Shown: positions 50,342 to 62,670 of the stretch, piece by piece
Layout: the number at the start of each line of letters is the position of its first letter
Position numbering within the stretch: the stretch's first letter is position 1
Source of the DNA: Hydrolagus colliei
Lineage: Eukaryota
NCBI GenBank assembly: GCA_035084275.1
Contig: CM068749.1
Span: 18,724,001-18,788,000 of the forward strand
Length of the DNA stretch: 64,000 nucleotides
Reading direction: 5' to 3'
Translations under genes and position numbers: made by a program
Notes under the pieces: model-generated
Databases searched by the model: none
What the model saw: only the letters and a program-made list of their open reading frames with translations
What the model was told of the DNA's origin: nothing

Positions 50342-53099
50342 ATTAAGAATAATGTTATCCTGTATTCTTCTTTTGGAAGTGAGTAAATGCATCTTAGGCT
50401 CCTGAGCTGAACAGAAATTTCAGGAAAGTAGCCAATTGTGTCCGTGCTATTGCAGCCTGCAACCTGTCCTTTTCACAGGGCAACCTAATTCATAGCCTAG
50501 TGATCTGGTATGTAAACTGAGGCTGGTTAAAATAAAGCTTGAAAACACGGTTGACCCTGAATTGACAGGTTATTGTTAATGTCACTTCCTGCATACCATG
50601 TGCAAGAAGCACTAGCAATTTTCATTCCTTCACAAAGTGCCTCGCCTCACGAGCTCTAGCTGCCACTGCTTCCTCATTTAAATGTTTTGAAATTTTTATC
50701 TAACCTTTTAATTGGGTTCTTTGTATGTAACTTGACACCAACAGAGAAAGCAACAGCTTACGATATGTTCCAGCAAATTTTAAGAACAACTTTGTTTGCT
50801 AATACTGATAAATACAGACCATTGGTTAGCCAGGGAATCAAAGCTGTATTATTTGGAATCACACACATAACACACGTTGAAGTCTTTTTAAATGGGCGTG
50901 GTTGCATTTTTAAATCTTCTAGCCAGACAGAAATAGAAGTATTACTATAAATGCACTATTGCCAGCTGTTGCTCCAGACTTGTGTTACAAAAATGTTTTG
51001 TCTATTTTTACATTTGTCTTTTCCTATTTTTTGCAAGGTCTATTCACAGTGAACACAGAATACTTTTGGCATCTTCTAGCCGAGAGGCTGTACTCAAATC
51101 ATGAACTAGTTATGCTGCCTCTTTTAAATCTTTTGAATCAATTATTTGATCAACGAAAATGTCTTGTTACAGTCATCGTGTCGTCATTGAGGGATAAGAA
51201 ATCTTTTGGATTTTGGCGTCCATAAGGTGTGTTCTATCGGTGGCAATTGCAGTGGTCGCCACAGTCCACAGTTGATTTGTTTGTTAAGGAGCCAAATGGC
51301 ACTTCAAAAAATAAAGAGTTTCTCCCAGTGTCCTAAAATTTGTTATTCATCTCACATCGGTTTGTGGGACATTACCAGATACAAATGCACGTCCACTTTT
51401 AGCTAAGTTAGTCATGATACATACAGTCAGATCCTCTGGAAATCCTTGGACATTTTGATGACTCAATAAAGCTCCATATTTAAATCCAGGCTTATTATTA
51501 TGGAGATTAAAAATCTCCAGGCGTACCATTAGGAGGGGAATTAAAATAGTATTCAAATTCAGAATTTGGGCTCCCTCCACGACAGTCAATTTTGATGAGG
51601 CATACAGCCAAAAAGGCAGCAAAAACCCTCTGTGCTATTAGCTTATCTCAGCCGGGTGGTGCTGCATAAAATGCATTGTGAATTGGGAACCAGGATAGCA
51701 TATGGCAGGCTGGCCTTGCCTGTATTTGAACAACTTCCGATCAAACTAGAAACTTTGCAGCATTTCGTAGTCGCCGAGAGGTCTAGTGTCTGGCCCCTTG
51801 TGAATCTTACTGACATCTGAAGAAATCCTTGAGAAATGAAAAGCTTGAGATGATGACAGTGGCTTAAATCATGTATACGGTATTCTGGACAGCCAAGATA
51901 AGTAAAACTATAATTCATTTTTCTGAATAAAATATTCTTGTTATAGCAGTAGGCAATTATGCATGCTTGATTTTATGCAAAGATTTTAAAGTAAAAATTG
52001 TTCATCACTAACACACAGCACCGACAAAATCACATCCAATCAACTTTGTAATTAAAGTGCAATTTTTTTTTACTAGGCTAAGTGATGAATATCAGGTAAT
52101 ATTCTTGGGCCCTTAATCTGTCTTGAAGCACAGATGAAGCATACTTTGAATTTTGAGAACATGTTCTGAAATAGCGTTTTGTGCAATGTGCTTTTTCGTC
52201 TAGTACACACACTAAACATGGAAGTATGTCCGGGTTTGAGTTAAATGATTTACGGAGACTTAACAAGTTATTTTACCCTGATATTTGTGGTGACAGATCC
52301 ATTTCCTGAGGATCTTTATCGTAATCTTTCTTGGATTCTTTTATTTATGTAAAAAAAATTGTCCTAACACTCAATCATACCACTAAAGTGGAAGAAAAAT
52401 CTATTTGACTAAAATGCTCATGATATCTCGCCCTGAATGTAAAGTACAGTAATTAAACTGGATTTCACTCTGGGAGCTGCTTGTTATTAGGCGATTCCTA
52501 CCCCACCCTGAACCAACCTTCTACTGAAGGCAATGACTCAAGATGGGTGCGATACTATGGTGTTGGCCTCTCTCCAGTACTCAACCCAAATGAAAGGTCT
52601 TGATATTTATGACCAGAAAGTGAATGTTGGGAAATTCCCACATAGAGTAGCCATTTTGTTCAATTACTCTGCTGGAGTTTATATTCCTGTTCCCCTCGCC
52701 TGTTCCCTAGTTCTCTAACCTTCCGTTGCTTCCTTTGTTATTAAACACTGATGTAAATTGATATGCTTAGATCTGTGTATGTTGGCAAGTAAAATAACAC
52801 ACGCTTAGTTTTAATCACAGTTACAAATCATTCAAATACTTAGGCTTTCAGCAAAATAAATTCTTGAGCTGAAATGATTTGTTTGGAAATTACAGCTCAG
52901 ATTGTTTCACTGATCCAGGTAAACCAAGGGAGTTCCCAGGTTTATTGCATGCTTCATAATAGGTTTAGTCAAGGCAGCGTTGAGTTGCATCCCACCTCTA
53001 CTTGCCTGAGCTTGAGAGAGAAATATTAGCCAACATTCCAATTCTGAATTGCTATCCAATGCTTTTTGCTATAAGTACATGTTACCAGCCTATTGCTCC

Positions 53100-53310
53100 A
53101 AACTATAGGATTACATAAGGAATTTTATTTAGAAATGATGGTGGAGGTTGTTTCCATTATAGTTCTCAAGAAGGCAGCAGATGGGCTTATGAAAGAGTGG
53201 GTCTTGAAGGGGTATAGGGATACGGCAGGGTGGTGGGATTGAAGCAAAATTCTCTCTGAGTCGATGTAGGTTTGATGGGTCAAATGGCCCATCAAATGGC
53301 CCTCTGCTCT
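53100..53310 (+). mobile_element. Old CR1 3' fragment
   Basis: gaaggggtatagggatacggcagggtggtgggatt...tgatgggtcaaatggccc resembles a CR1 3' UTR. Confidence 0.55.
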
Positions 53311-54679
53311 AGATTTGCATGTATAACCTTGAGCACAATCTCAGGGAGTGGGGGGGAAAGCCAACCGTGTAAGTTCCATATGAAGAACAGAAAATATGTA
53401 AACTATGCCCAATAATTGTGGCTGAATTCAGAAAACTGCCCATGTCTGAATATATTTTGAAAAGGAATGGTTCTGACAAATCTTATAAACATTGATGCTA
53501 TCTAGCCGTAGAGTATTCGTGCATTATGGTAGATATATCACTCTTTATAATCATCCACCCTTTGCTCCCGGTGGTTTTGGAACAAGGTACGGAGTAACCT
53601 GCCTCAACACATACGGAATGCATGAAACCTAAGTCTGGCCACAGGATGGAGACAGTGAACAAACTTATGCCTTTAGTGTGTGTGTGTGTGTGTGTTTTTT
53701 TAGCCTGTGAAAAAACCTAAAACTGTACTTAGTGTAATGTTCATTTGTGTTTTTGTATCTAATTATAGATGAGGTTTTTTTTTGGTGTGGTGCATAGAAT
53801 TACCATGTGTGTGGTGTGTGTGTGTATGTGTGTCTCTCTTACACAAACAATTTTTCACCCCGTTGGTTTGGATGTGGGTGCACCTGGATCCCTTGGGTTC
53901 CTGTTTTCTCTCTGGCTCTGTGAAAACCTAGTGGTCCTGGTGGTTTTCACCAGGAAACAGGTACCCAAAGCCTGGTCATTCCCTTTGGAATCTGACCCTG
54001 ATAGAATGACCCAGATCTGAAGCTTGCCACGTCGTGTTGGAGCAGTTTTTTGGACTGCCTATTTGAAGCCTTTATATTTGAAAGCTCAAATGATTTGTCC
54101 ACTGATTAATTTCCACGGATGCCTATTCTCTGAAATGTGTAACACAACACTAAGGATCATTTTCTTTTAGTGTGCAGTAAATTAATGACCCATGTGCCAC
54201 TTTTGTAAATATGTGTGCTCTCTGTTGATTTTTCAACGGGTTGGGTCAGTTTGACATCTGTATTTATTACCGCCAGTGTACATGCTATTTATCCAGAGTT
54301 ATATAAACTAATTGCCTGAAGGATCCTGTTACAATAAGTGCTGTATAATGGAAAACTTTCCCAGTATAAACAGTTTTTGGAGGAACTTAAAAATACATGA
54401 CATAGAAGCAGAACAACTATGTGAAATCAGCGGATTACAAGCACGAGATAGGTTTTGCAGCTGGCAAAATGTGTGAATCACTGTGGTGAGACCACTGCCT
54501 GCATACATCATTCAGTTGTGCCACTCATATCTCCCTCATCCTTGCCAGCAGTGCAGCAAAACAAAGTAGTACTGCTCCTCCCTCTGTAGACCTTGAGCGC
54601 TTCCCCGAAAGGAATTCTAGCTCTGTCCTCAAGGTGGTCCGAAGCTCAGAGAGGGGAGTATGGTTTTGTCCGCTGTTGG

Positions 54680-55000
54680 TTACAACATCAACAACAATAA
54701 TAAAATCACCTTTGTCTAGTGTCTTTCACGTCGGGAGGATGTCCCAAGGCACTGGACTGTCAGTGTTTCCGATCCGAGCCGGGGTCAGCATTGGGGGGTG
54801 TAAGGAGGGGGTGGGTGGGGTGGGGGTGAAGTGAGGTGACCGATGACATGATGACATGGTCGAAGAGGAGGGTCATGAAGCGGGATTTGAAGGAAGGCAG
54901 GGATGGGGAGGACAAGGAGGTGGGATTGCGGGATGGAATTTCAAAGGTTGGGGGCAGAGTGGCTGAAGGCTGGCCCACCGATGGTGGGGTGGGCTGAGCT
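54680..55000 (-). mobile_element. L2-clade LINE 3' end
   Basis: Reverse strand encodes PSLPSFKSRFMTLLF and carries the same terminal motif as 38320-38525. Confidence 0.8.
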
Positions 55001-56650
55001 GAGGGAAATTAACGCAGAGATGGAAAAGGTTCAGTTAGCCACCGACTGCTGGTCAGATGTAGGGTGGGCCACTGTCGAAACACCATTGGTTGGGAAAATA
55101 CAAGTTTGCGTGAGTTATTAAAGTGAGCTCCAAACTGCTAAATGATGGTTCTTATTGATTTATGTTTTTTAAAACCAAACTTTTTATTGAAGATTTAAGT
55201 TTGATTTTTAACCACTTTGCAGGCAGTGAAAGGACTTCTAGCCTTTTATGTTTTATTGTGCGTGACAACATTTTTCTGGTTTACTTGGAACTTAAAAGTA
55301 CAAAAAACAGTCAGTGCCAATACAACAGTGGGAACGTGAGCCATACCAGGTTGGAAGACGCTACTCGGAATTCTGAGCTGCTCAATCAATCCATCTCAGA
55401 GCTGACCTCAATAATGGAGGAAATGGACACACCTTTGATGAGACTTGTGAGATTTGCTGATTTTCCAAGGCACTTCTCAGTGTAAAACCCGACTGATTCC
55501 AGATTCCTTTCAGTGTAGGCAAATTGCTGATGTTCTGGTGCAAAAATAATCGCTTCTTAGGGACTCGTCATTGATTTGACAAATGCCTAAAAATAGTTGC
55601 GTATCGGGATTGAAACTGACTTAAGCGAAGCTCCAGGATGTATCTCTTTGCACCTTTAATTAACTGGGGAAATGTAGTTCCTCATTAGTGTGTATTTTGA
55701 CATAACATGATTGTTTCGGAAGGAGGAGGTATTTTGAGGAGGGAAATTAAGTATGTTGATTCTCCATTTTCCTCCCCAAAGCCACTGGAAAAATCCAGCA
55801 TCAGCACTCCATTACTTTCACGATACCTCTCTGACTAAACTAACTCATCTTAAGTACCGTACTCACCCAGTGAATTTCAAATTCAAATTGAGGATTGATC
55901 AAAATTTGGCTGAAGATTTGCTGAAAAGCAAATGATTCAGGAGGCTTGAAATACTCAATTTTTTTTCAAAAAAAGTTTGACAGATTGAGACTAGGAGATC
56001 AAACGTAATGACAGATCAATTGGCGAGAACCGAGTAGGCAAGGCCATCTTTATTTTTGTAGGAGATTCACACTGATTGTAAAACCTGGATAAGCACCACA
56101 AGTAACTGAGTCCCGTGATTTTATTAGATCACATTAATACAACATCTGGACACTAATGCATAAAATATGTAATTTTTTTACAGTATTGTATTTACATGTT
56201 CTCCTTGATTTTACAGTAAGAAAATATATTAAGTGAATGAAGCTTTCCGGCAGAAGACACACCAAATGTTACTGTTACTATTTACAGCGTCCAACATTGA
56301 TACAAACTTCACCAATCCATTTATATTCACTGGGACATCTAGCACCTGGTTAAACTAGTATGTGAGCACAGCTGTAGAGTTCAACACACTTAGTCTGACT
56401 GAATACCTGCTTCATATCTCAGCTTCACAATATCTTGTAGAATTGCCTGAAAGTTAAACTTTCAGGCAATTCTGAAATCTGTACAAGAGGTTGGCGATGA
56501 AATACAATAGCAGATGGGGTGATAGTTAGAACACTGATAGTTGGAAGCAGTGATGCTATTTCAATTATGAGCAAGTATATTAGGCAATGTTTATCATGGG
56601 TTGTGTTCTGACACACTATTTTTTGATATCTGTTGGCCTTTCGGTTGTTT

Positions 56651-56826
56651 CTACTTGGCTGAATGACTGATCGGTGGTTCAAGTTTCCGCGATAAAGCTG
56701 TTAGGATCATTATAAATTTTTCATATCGTTCCCTTTGGTTGACTTGTGCTCCTTTGCTTCCCCACAACAGCCTCATTGCAAATTCAGTCTTAAATGCTTC
56801 GAGCATTTCTTCATCTGATTGGAAAT
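56651..56826 (-). CDS. BCAR3: BCAR3 last coding exon
   Basis: Acceptor ccttag on the minus strand; DFQSDEEMLEAFKTEFAMRLLWGSKGAQVNQRERYEKFIMILTALSRKLEPPISHSAK TAG, the NSP-family C-terminus. Confidence 0.95.
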
Positions 56827-57199
56827 CTAAGGACAAAAAAACAAGAGTGAATGGAGTACATAACGAAACCCCACCCACACCCATCACCACCCTCCAGTCT
56901 TTCAGTTCTCCATGGGAAATACCATTTCATTTCTGTTCTGGCTGTAAAACAATCTGTGAGAGTGGTTTCAAACGAGAAGCTTCACTGTGATATGGACTGG
57001 TTTAATAACTAGTGCCGAACAGCGTCTCGCAGGGAGGGAGGAGAAAGAGTGGAAGGAAGTTCACACCTGTGCGAGCTGCAGATTTTGGCAGTGTGGTTTC
57101 AATCAGGAAACACAGCTAAGATACACCACTGTGTACCAAATGGCAATTGTCTTGGTTGTCCTTTATACCTTCACAGAACATTTTCTTCACCCAAAAAAC

Positions 57200-57445
57200 A
57201 ATCAGTGCACTTTACTTTGTAGGATGCTGCTGTGTGCAATTGGCTGACGCCAATTTCGCCCACAAATTTACAGTCAATTCACTTTACAGTATATTCTGTG
57301 AAGCGCTTCGAGACATCGATAAGATGTGAAAAGCGCTATATCAAATGCAAGGATTATTATTTTGTCCTCCTGACGTGAGAAGACCTCAGTACCTTGGGAC
57401 GTCCTCCCAACATGAAAGACGCTCTATAAAATGTAATTTTGTTTT
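57200..57445 (+). mobile_element. SINE 3' half (to 57361) abutting an L2 3' tail
   Basis: tgtgcaattggctg...ggattattat followed by ccttgggacgtcctcccaacatgaaagacgctctata. Confidence 0.8.
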
Positions 57446-57489
57446 GTACGCCAAAATGTAAGTATGGTTATTATAAATAAAGTGCTTAC

Positions 57490-57696
57490 CTTCCAGAATC
57501 TTTTCCGTGTTGGCTTTGTGTATAGCAGCATTCTGTGTGATGGAGCGAGCATTCTCCAGATGTTTGAGCATTATTTCGCAACTCTGATCATTATTTTCCC
57601 ACAATTCGACGTTTTCGAAGTTGACAGTCTGACGTTCCATCAGGGTGATTAGGGGCAGGATAAGCGGGACTGTTGTGTTGCTGAGTGGAATTTCCT
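57490..57696 (-). CDS. BCAR3: BCAR3 exon (Cdc25-like domain)
   Basis: ttccag/gtaagc; EEIPLSNTTVPLILPLITLMERQTVNFENVELWENNDQSCEIMLKHLENAR...KILE. Confidence 0.94.
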
Positions 57697-58139
57697 CTGG
57701 AAGCATAAAGAGAAGTGTCAAGTCTTGAAATATCGACTGCAGCATCCTACATTATCACACACAAAGCATTTTTAAAGCAAAAAAAACTTGCAATGTTTTC
57801 CTCACATTCGTTTATTCAGTAACTTGTGCAACCATTCATTGAGCTTTTTTTTTTGTTGATTGGAAAATCAGGCAGTACAATACTGATATGTATTTTGAGC
57901 GAGACTAACACTAATTTTAAAAGCCTGACCATAAAATGTGTGCTAGAGTTATGCAGGGGAGGGTTGTGTGGGTGAAACTTCCATTGAACCAATCTAAAGG
58001 TAGGAATTTAACCTGACAGCAGTCTGAGTGCGTTCGGTTCACACCTCTGAGACATGAACTTGAGTCAACACTGCTCAAGCCAGTTTCATCATGAGCCATC
58101 ACAAATATATGCAGCAGACACATGTTGCAAAATACCCAC

Positions 58140-58251
58140 CTTTTCCCTCGTTTAGAGCTTTTATGAATGGTTTGAGAGTCTTCTCATAGAGGATAGCGTT
58201 TTGGGTGTATTTGTGCCTCAGTGTGGTCCAGGTTTGTTCTAAACGTGCAAC
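58140..58251 (-). CDS. BCAR3: BCAR3 exon
   Basis: caccag/gtgggt; VARLEQTWTTLRHKYTQNAILYEKTLKPFIKALNEGK. Confidence 0.95.
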
Positions 58252-58796
58252 CTGGTGGGCAACAAGAAGTGAAGATAGGCAATGAAAAGATCCCCATTGT
58301 AATAATACTCAGCCGAGGGATACAGGCACTTGTTGAGAAGTATTAGACTCAATGTTCCTGCTCTTTTATTTAAATATTCATTTCTTAAGATCACTTTGCT
58401 TAGCAGATATAATAGAATAATTAATCATTCTCTCATATGGATCACCCTACTGTTGTAATATTCTGCAAGCAACGTAGGGAATCACAGGAAATGCCTGTTT
58501 TCACATGAGAAACCATGATTACACTGAACGCAAGGGCTCTGATTTACTAACACTGTAAAATGACAACACATTACTGGTTCACTCTATTGCTGTGGCTAGT
58601 TTCAATCATGCATTCATCCGATTTACAAATATCCTGTTGACGGTTTAATCTGATGGAGCTCTGAGCCATATAATGGTTTCACCTACCTCGGTATGAAAGC
58701 TAAAATTTACTGGGTTCAATGTAGAGGAAGAAGCATTTCAACTAACTTTAATAAACTACTAGGACTAATTCTGAATATACGACTTTGGTGATTATA

Positions 58797-59127
58797 GGAC
58801 TCGAAGTCCTGTAGCTCAGTGGTTAAAGCACTACAAGCGTCAGACTTGTGTTCGAATCCAGGCAGGTCAGGGCGAAACCTTGGGTACGTTTCCTTACTCT
58901 ACATGCCTAATATTAATAATAATCCATCCAAAACAACACACCAATACTGTAGTACAATTTGCCATTTCAATCCACGACTGTTTGGGGGAACACTGCTGTG
59001 TGCAGTTGGTTGCCACATTTTGCCCACAAATATACAGTCAATTCACTTTACAGTACATTCTGTGAAGTGCTTTGAGACGTCTAGAAGGCGTGAAAAGCGC
59101 TCTATCAAATGCAAGTATTATTATTAT
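58797..59127 (+). mobile_element. tRNA-derived SINE, full length
   Basis: gtagctcagtggttaaagc, gttcgaatcc, shared body, tattattattat tail. Confidence 0.92.
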
Positions 59128-59193
59128 GTATGATTCATAAAGATGAGACTCAATCCAGTTTTACTGTATACGTTAAAAGTAAAGTAATATTAC

Positions 59194-59365
59194 CTGTGGC
59201 ATGTCTAAGGCTTTCATTACAGCCGAGAAGGCGTACAGATCTCCCATGGAATTTTTCAGTTCCAGTGCGAGTTGGATGAACTTGTTTAACACTTCAGCTC
59301 TTTCTTCTAAACTTCCTGTGCAGCCAAGGATATCCACTGCAATCGCAATAGCCAGCGTATTGTGC
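59194..59365 (-). CDS. BCAR3: BCAR3 exon
   Basis: tctcag/gtaata; HNTLAIAIAVDILGCTGSLEERAEVLNKFIQLALELKNSMGDLYAFSAVMKALDMPQ. Confidence 0.96.
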
Positions 59366-59519
59366 CTGAGAAAATGCAGGAAAATTTCTTTTTTTTAACA
59401 AAAAAAAACTCCCATGAAATTTGCAAGCCCTTTGACTGAATGGGGTCTCACGTGTGGCCATTCCTGAAGCAAAATCTGCCTTTGATTTAACATATAGGTT
59501 CATAGCTGGCCATCATCCT

Positions 59520-59931
59520 TTTAAATCCCTTGAAAAAAACCCACAATAATAAAATTGGACATTTCATTCCACAACTGTTTGTGGGGGCACTGCTGTGCTG
59601 CTGCGTTTCGCCCACAAATATACAGTCAATTCACTTTACAGTATATTCTGTGAAGCGCGTCGAGATGTCTAGAAGGTATGAAAAGCACTATATCAAATGC
59701 GTGGATTATTCTTCTGCTTATTGTTATTAAATGTTATCTTCCAGCATCTCAATTACAGTTTTAATTTGACCCGAACCAGACACCCCTAAATTGACTCAGT
59801 AAAAGTCAACTCAGTAAAAATCACATATATACATACTGTACAATCAATTTACTTTACAGTGTATTCTGTGAAGTGCTTTGTGATGTCTAGAAGACGTGAA
59901 AAGCGCTATATCAAATGCAAGGATTATTATT
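59520..59931 (+). mobile_element. Two 5'-truncated SINE copies (about 59520-59728 and 59835-59931)
   Basis: Both show ctttacagt...tctgtgaag...gtctagaag...tatatcaaatgc tails. Confidence 0.85.
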
Positions 59932-60260
59932 GTAAAAGAGGCAGCGCTCATCCTTACTAATCACTGGCTAATCAACCTTGTCCACAACGAAAGCATCTCT
60001 GTATCGCCCTTTTGCACAACTTGCTATTGACTGTCTGTTCTGACAGAGCTCTGAGCTGTATAATGGTTTGCCCGAGGTAACCGCCGGCTTTGGTGTAGAG
60101 CAAGAAGCACTCTGTCTAACTTTAATCAGCTGCTCAGGCGATTTCTAATTATTGCGCACTGGAATCTGTTTGCTATATTGGTGTATCTTTTCGTTGCAGC
60201 CTTTAGGAAACCAAATGCTGTTATAGTTTACTGTATAAACAGCGCAATCATACTGTTTAC

Positions 60261-60376
60261 CTTTCTATTAAATCCAGACGTAGTTGATGCCCATGAGGCA
60301 GTGTAATAAGTTCCAGACCTGAGTTCACTCCCATCTTTGCCTCCATTTCTTCAGAAACGTCAAGTATCCTAGCAAC
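60261..60376 (-). CDS. BCAR3: BCAR3 exon
   Basis: tcccag/gtaaac; VARILDVSEEMEAKMGVNSGLELITLPHGHQLRLDLIER. Confidence 0.96.
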
Positions 60377-61425
60377 CTGGGAAGATCAAAAGTCCCAATT
60401 TATTATGAGCAGCCAGGACATTGTTTTTGGCTTAGCTTATTGAAAACATTTCAGTCCCTTCACATTCAAACATTAATTAATTAGCTTTACTTGATGGCCG
60501 TCTGGGTTGGTGCTGAATTAGACAGACTTGGAAGGTCGCAGGTTCAAATCCTGTTCTGTGCTGTTAATTGATCTCGGCCAGCACAGTGGTTGAGGTTTTA
60601 CAATTGGTCTGAAAGCTGCTGATTGGGGAGTGAAAAAAAACGTTCTACTTGGCAAGGCCCCCAATAGCAGATGTGACATGAGGGAGGGCACAAGTATTCT
60701 TGTCTTGGGTTGACCTCCTGCAGTTGAATCACCTGCCGACACTCAACTGTCGAGGCATCTACACAGAAGATAATGGTCACTGGGACTTGGGAGAGGTATC
60801 AGACAACCCATTAACCAAGGGAATTGTATTCCGATAGCAAAAATAAATCAGGTGCCTTTTAGTAAAGAATGAGAGGAGAATATCAGAAGAAAAATTGGCT
60901 CGAGTTTCTTTATTCTTGTTGAAGAACCTGGGTCCTGTCGCTTGTGAGGTGAGCACACTTACCGATACGCGACTGCACAGAGTAGGAGTACTGTAGTAAC
61001 AATTGTTTCAGTGGGTCTGGCAACACTCAGGATCTTTTGCTCTTATCCACACTACAAACCTATACTTGCCTGTAGAACATTCACTGCTAATTCATCTTGT
61101 TCAAGACCTTTTTTTTTTTACAAAAAAAAGTCATGATATATGGGTAAATGTAAGCCTTTATTTTATTTGTGACTGCAGATGTACATACTGTAACAGTATA
61201 AGGCTCTGCATTCAATAGTAGCTGCTGGACAAGATTGTAGTGTGCTTGAAGTAATCTATCGTTACGTTAATTCTAGAGTAAGACAGGACCTTATGGATCT
61301 GTGTCAAAGAGATGCTTCCAAGGCCTGCTGATGCTCACCATCCAATATATATATATATATTTTTAAATGGCCCTTGAGCGAGGTTTAGAACCAGAAGACA
61401 ACTAATTCGATCAAACAGTTCGTAC

Positions 61426-62096
61426 CTGGCTATCCACTTTAAGGATGTGCTTTGCAATAGTTTTGGGGTCAACGTTGGCAAACAGTGCTTTGACGTGCTT
61501 GATCACTGATGTTTCCAGGGGCTTGTTGTCAGGAGGAAGCATCTTTGAGTTAAAGTCATTAGGTTTAAAACAGGAAACCGTTTCCAACACTGGTCTGAGG
61601 AACACAATAACTTCCTTCTCCTCCTCCCGGTTTTCATCCTCAGCAGGAATCGTGGACTGGGGCGAGCTCCCGTCAGACATGCTGAGGATAGAGTCTGATT
61701 TTTGAAAGAGGGGTTTCACTGGCTCTTCAGTTTTTAGTCTTTGTACATAACCGTTGTGTTGGCCAAAATCCTGGGCTGTCCTTGGCCCATCCATGGGAGT
61801 GTTAGGCACTGGTTCACAGCAATTGTCTCTCTGGGGATCGTTGACTAACAGAGGCGAGTGTGGCATTCTCATAGAGGGTACTTTGCTGGGTTTCGGTGGT
61901 GGCTTAGGGCAGAGTTGGCTGTCAGAACCTCTAAGTGCTTCCCCAGCCTGTGTTTCCAAAGTGAGCCTTCGGACAATTGTTGGGCTAAGCGTGGGCTCGC
62001 TGCCGGTCCTGAACACTGTTGATTTGGTGTGAGCATTTCCTTCCATGCTTGGCTTTTGCTTTGGTAGCTGCTGATGATGGTGCTGAGCTTTTGACC
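61426..62096 (-). CDS. BCAR3: BCAR3 large exon (Pro/Ser-rich linker into Cdc25-like domain)
   Basis: tcacag/gtacga; contains VFRTGSEPTLSP, LCPKPPPKPSKVP, FKPNDFNSKMLPPDNKPLETSV, DPKTIAKHILKVDSQ; phases fit neighbours. Confidence 0.95.
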
Positions 62097-62232
62097 CTGT
62101 GAATAATGCCAGACAAGTAAGTCGTAGAGGATATCATTCAATAAAAAAAAAACTTCAGTCAAGTCATTTGTTAAGTACTGTATTAAGTCTTTTGGTTTTA
62201 GATCAATCGTGGAGATGTAATATGAAACTCAG

Positions 62233-62365
62233 NNNNNNNNNNNNNNNNNNNNNNNNNNNNNNNNNNNNNNNNNNNNNNNNNNNNNNNNNNNNNNNNNNNN
62301 NNNNNNNNNNNNNNNNNNNNNNNNNNNNNNNNNNNNNNNNNNNNNNNNNNNNNNNNNNNNNNNNN
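62233..62365. other. Assembly gap (N run) in a BCAR3 intron
   Basis: Run of N; flanking exons join in frame, so no exon is required inside it. Confidence 0.99.
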
Positions 62366-62569
62366 GCAAGTTCCAAAAAAAATTCGACTGTTTTTTTAAG
62401 TTAAAAAATTCCTACATTAAAGTTTCCAGCAAGAAATTTTAGTAAGTGCTCCATAATAAAGTTTGAACGTAATATCTAAGCTCGATACATCTCTTCAATA
62501 AACCCTTTGAGAAGTTCTTACATCTCACATAGAACGTGCCAACTAAGCTATGACTAATGCAACACTCAC

Positions 62570-62670
62570 CCAGAGGAAGGTAACTTTCAGACTGATGCGA
62601 TTTCAAAGGTCGTCGTTTATCTGGAACATAGTCGAGGCTCGCAGGTTGGCTGCCACTCTTGTCTTTATTT
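62570..62670 (-). CDS. BCAR3: BCAR3 exon
   Basis: ctgtag/gtgagt; NKDKSGSQPASLDYVPDKRRPLKSHQSESYLPL. Confidence 0.94.

Noticed and set aside
49800-56000. Hidden gene between FNBP1L and BCAR3
   Set aside because: Only short ORFs with no recognisable domains or consistent exon chain; contains repeat fragments and a (GT)n microsatellite.
15281-59931. Recurring near-identical motifs as a CRISPR-like array
   Set aside because: Dispersed kilobases apart with no regular repeat-spacer period and no cas genes; vertebrate SINE/LINE ends.
61445-62032. Plus-strand ORFs antisense to the BCAR3 large exon
   Set aside because: Shadow ORFs of the real minus-strand coding exon.
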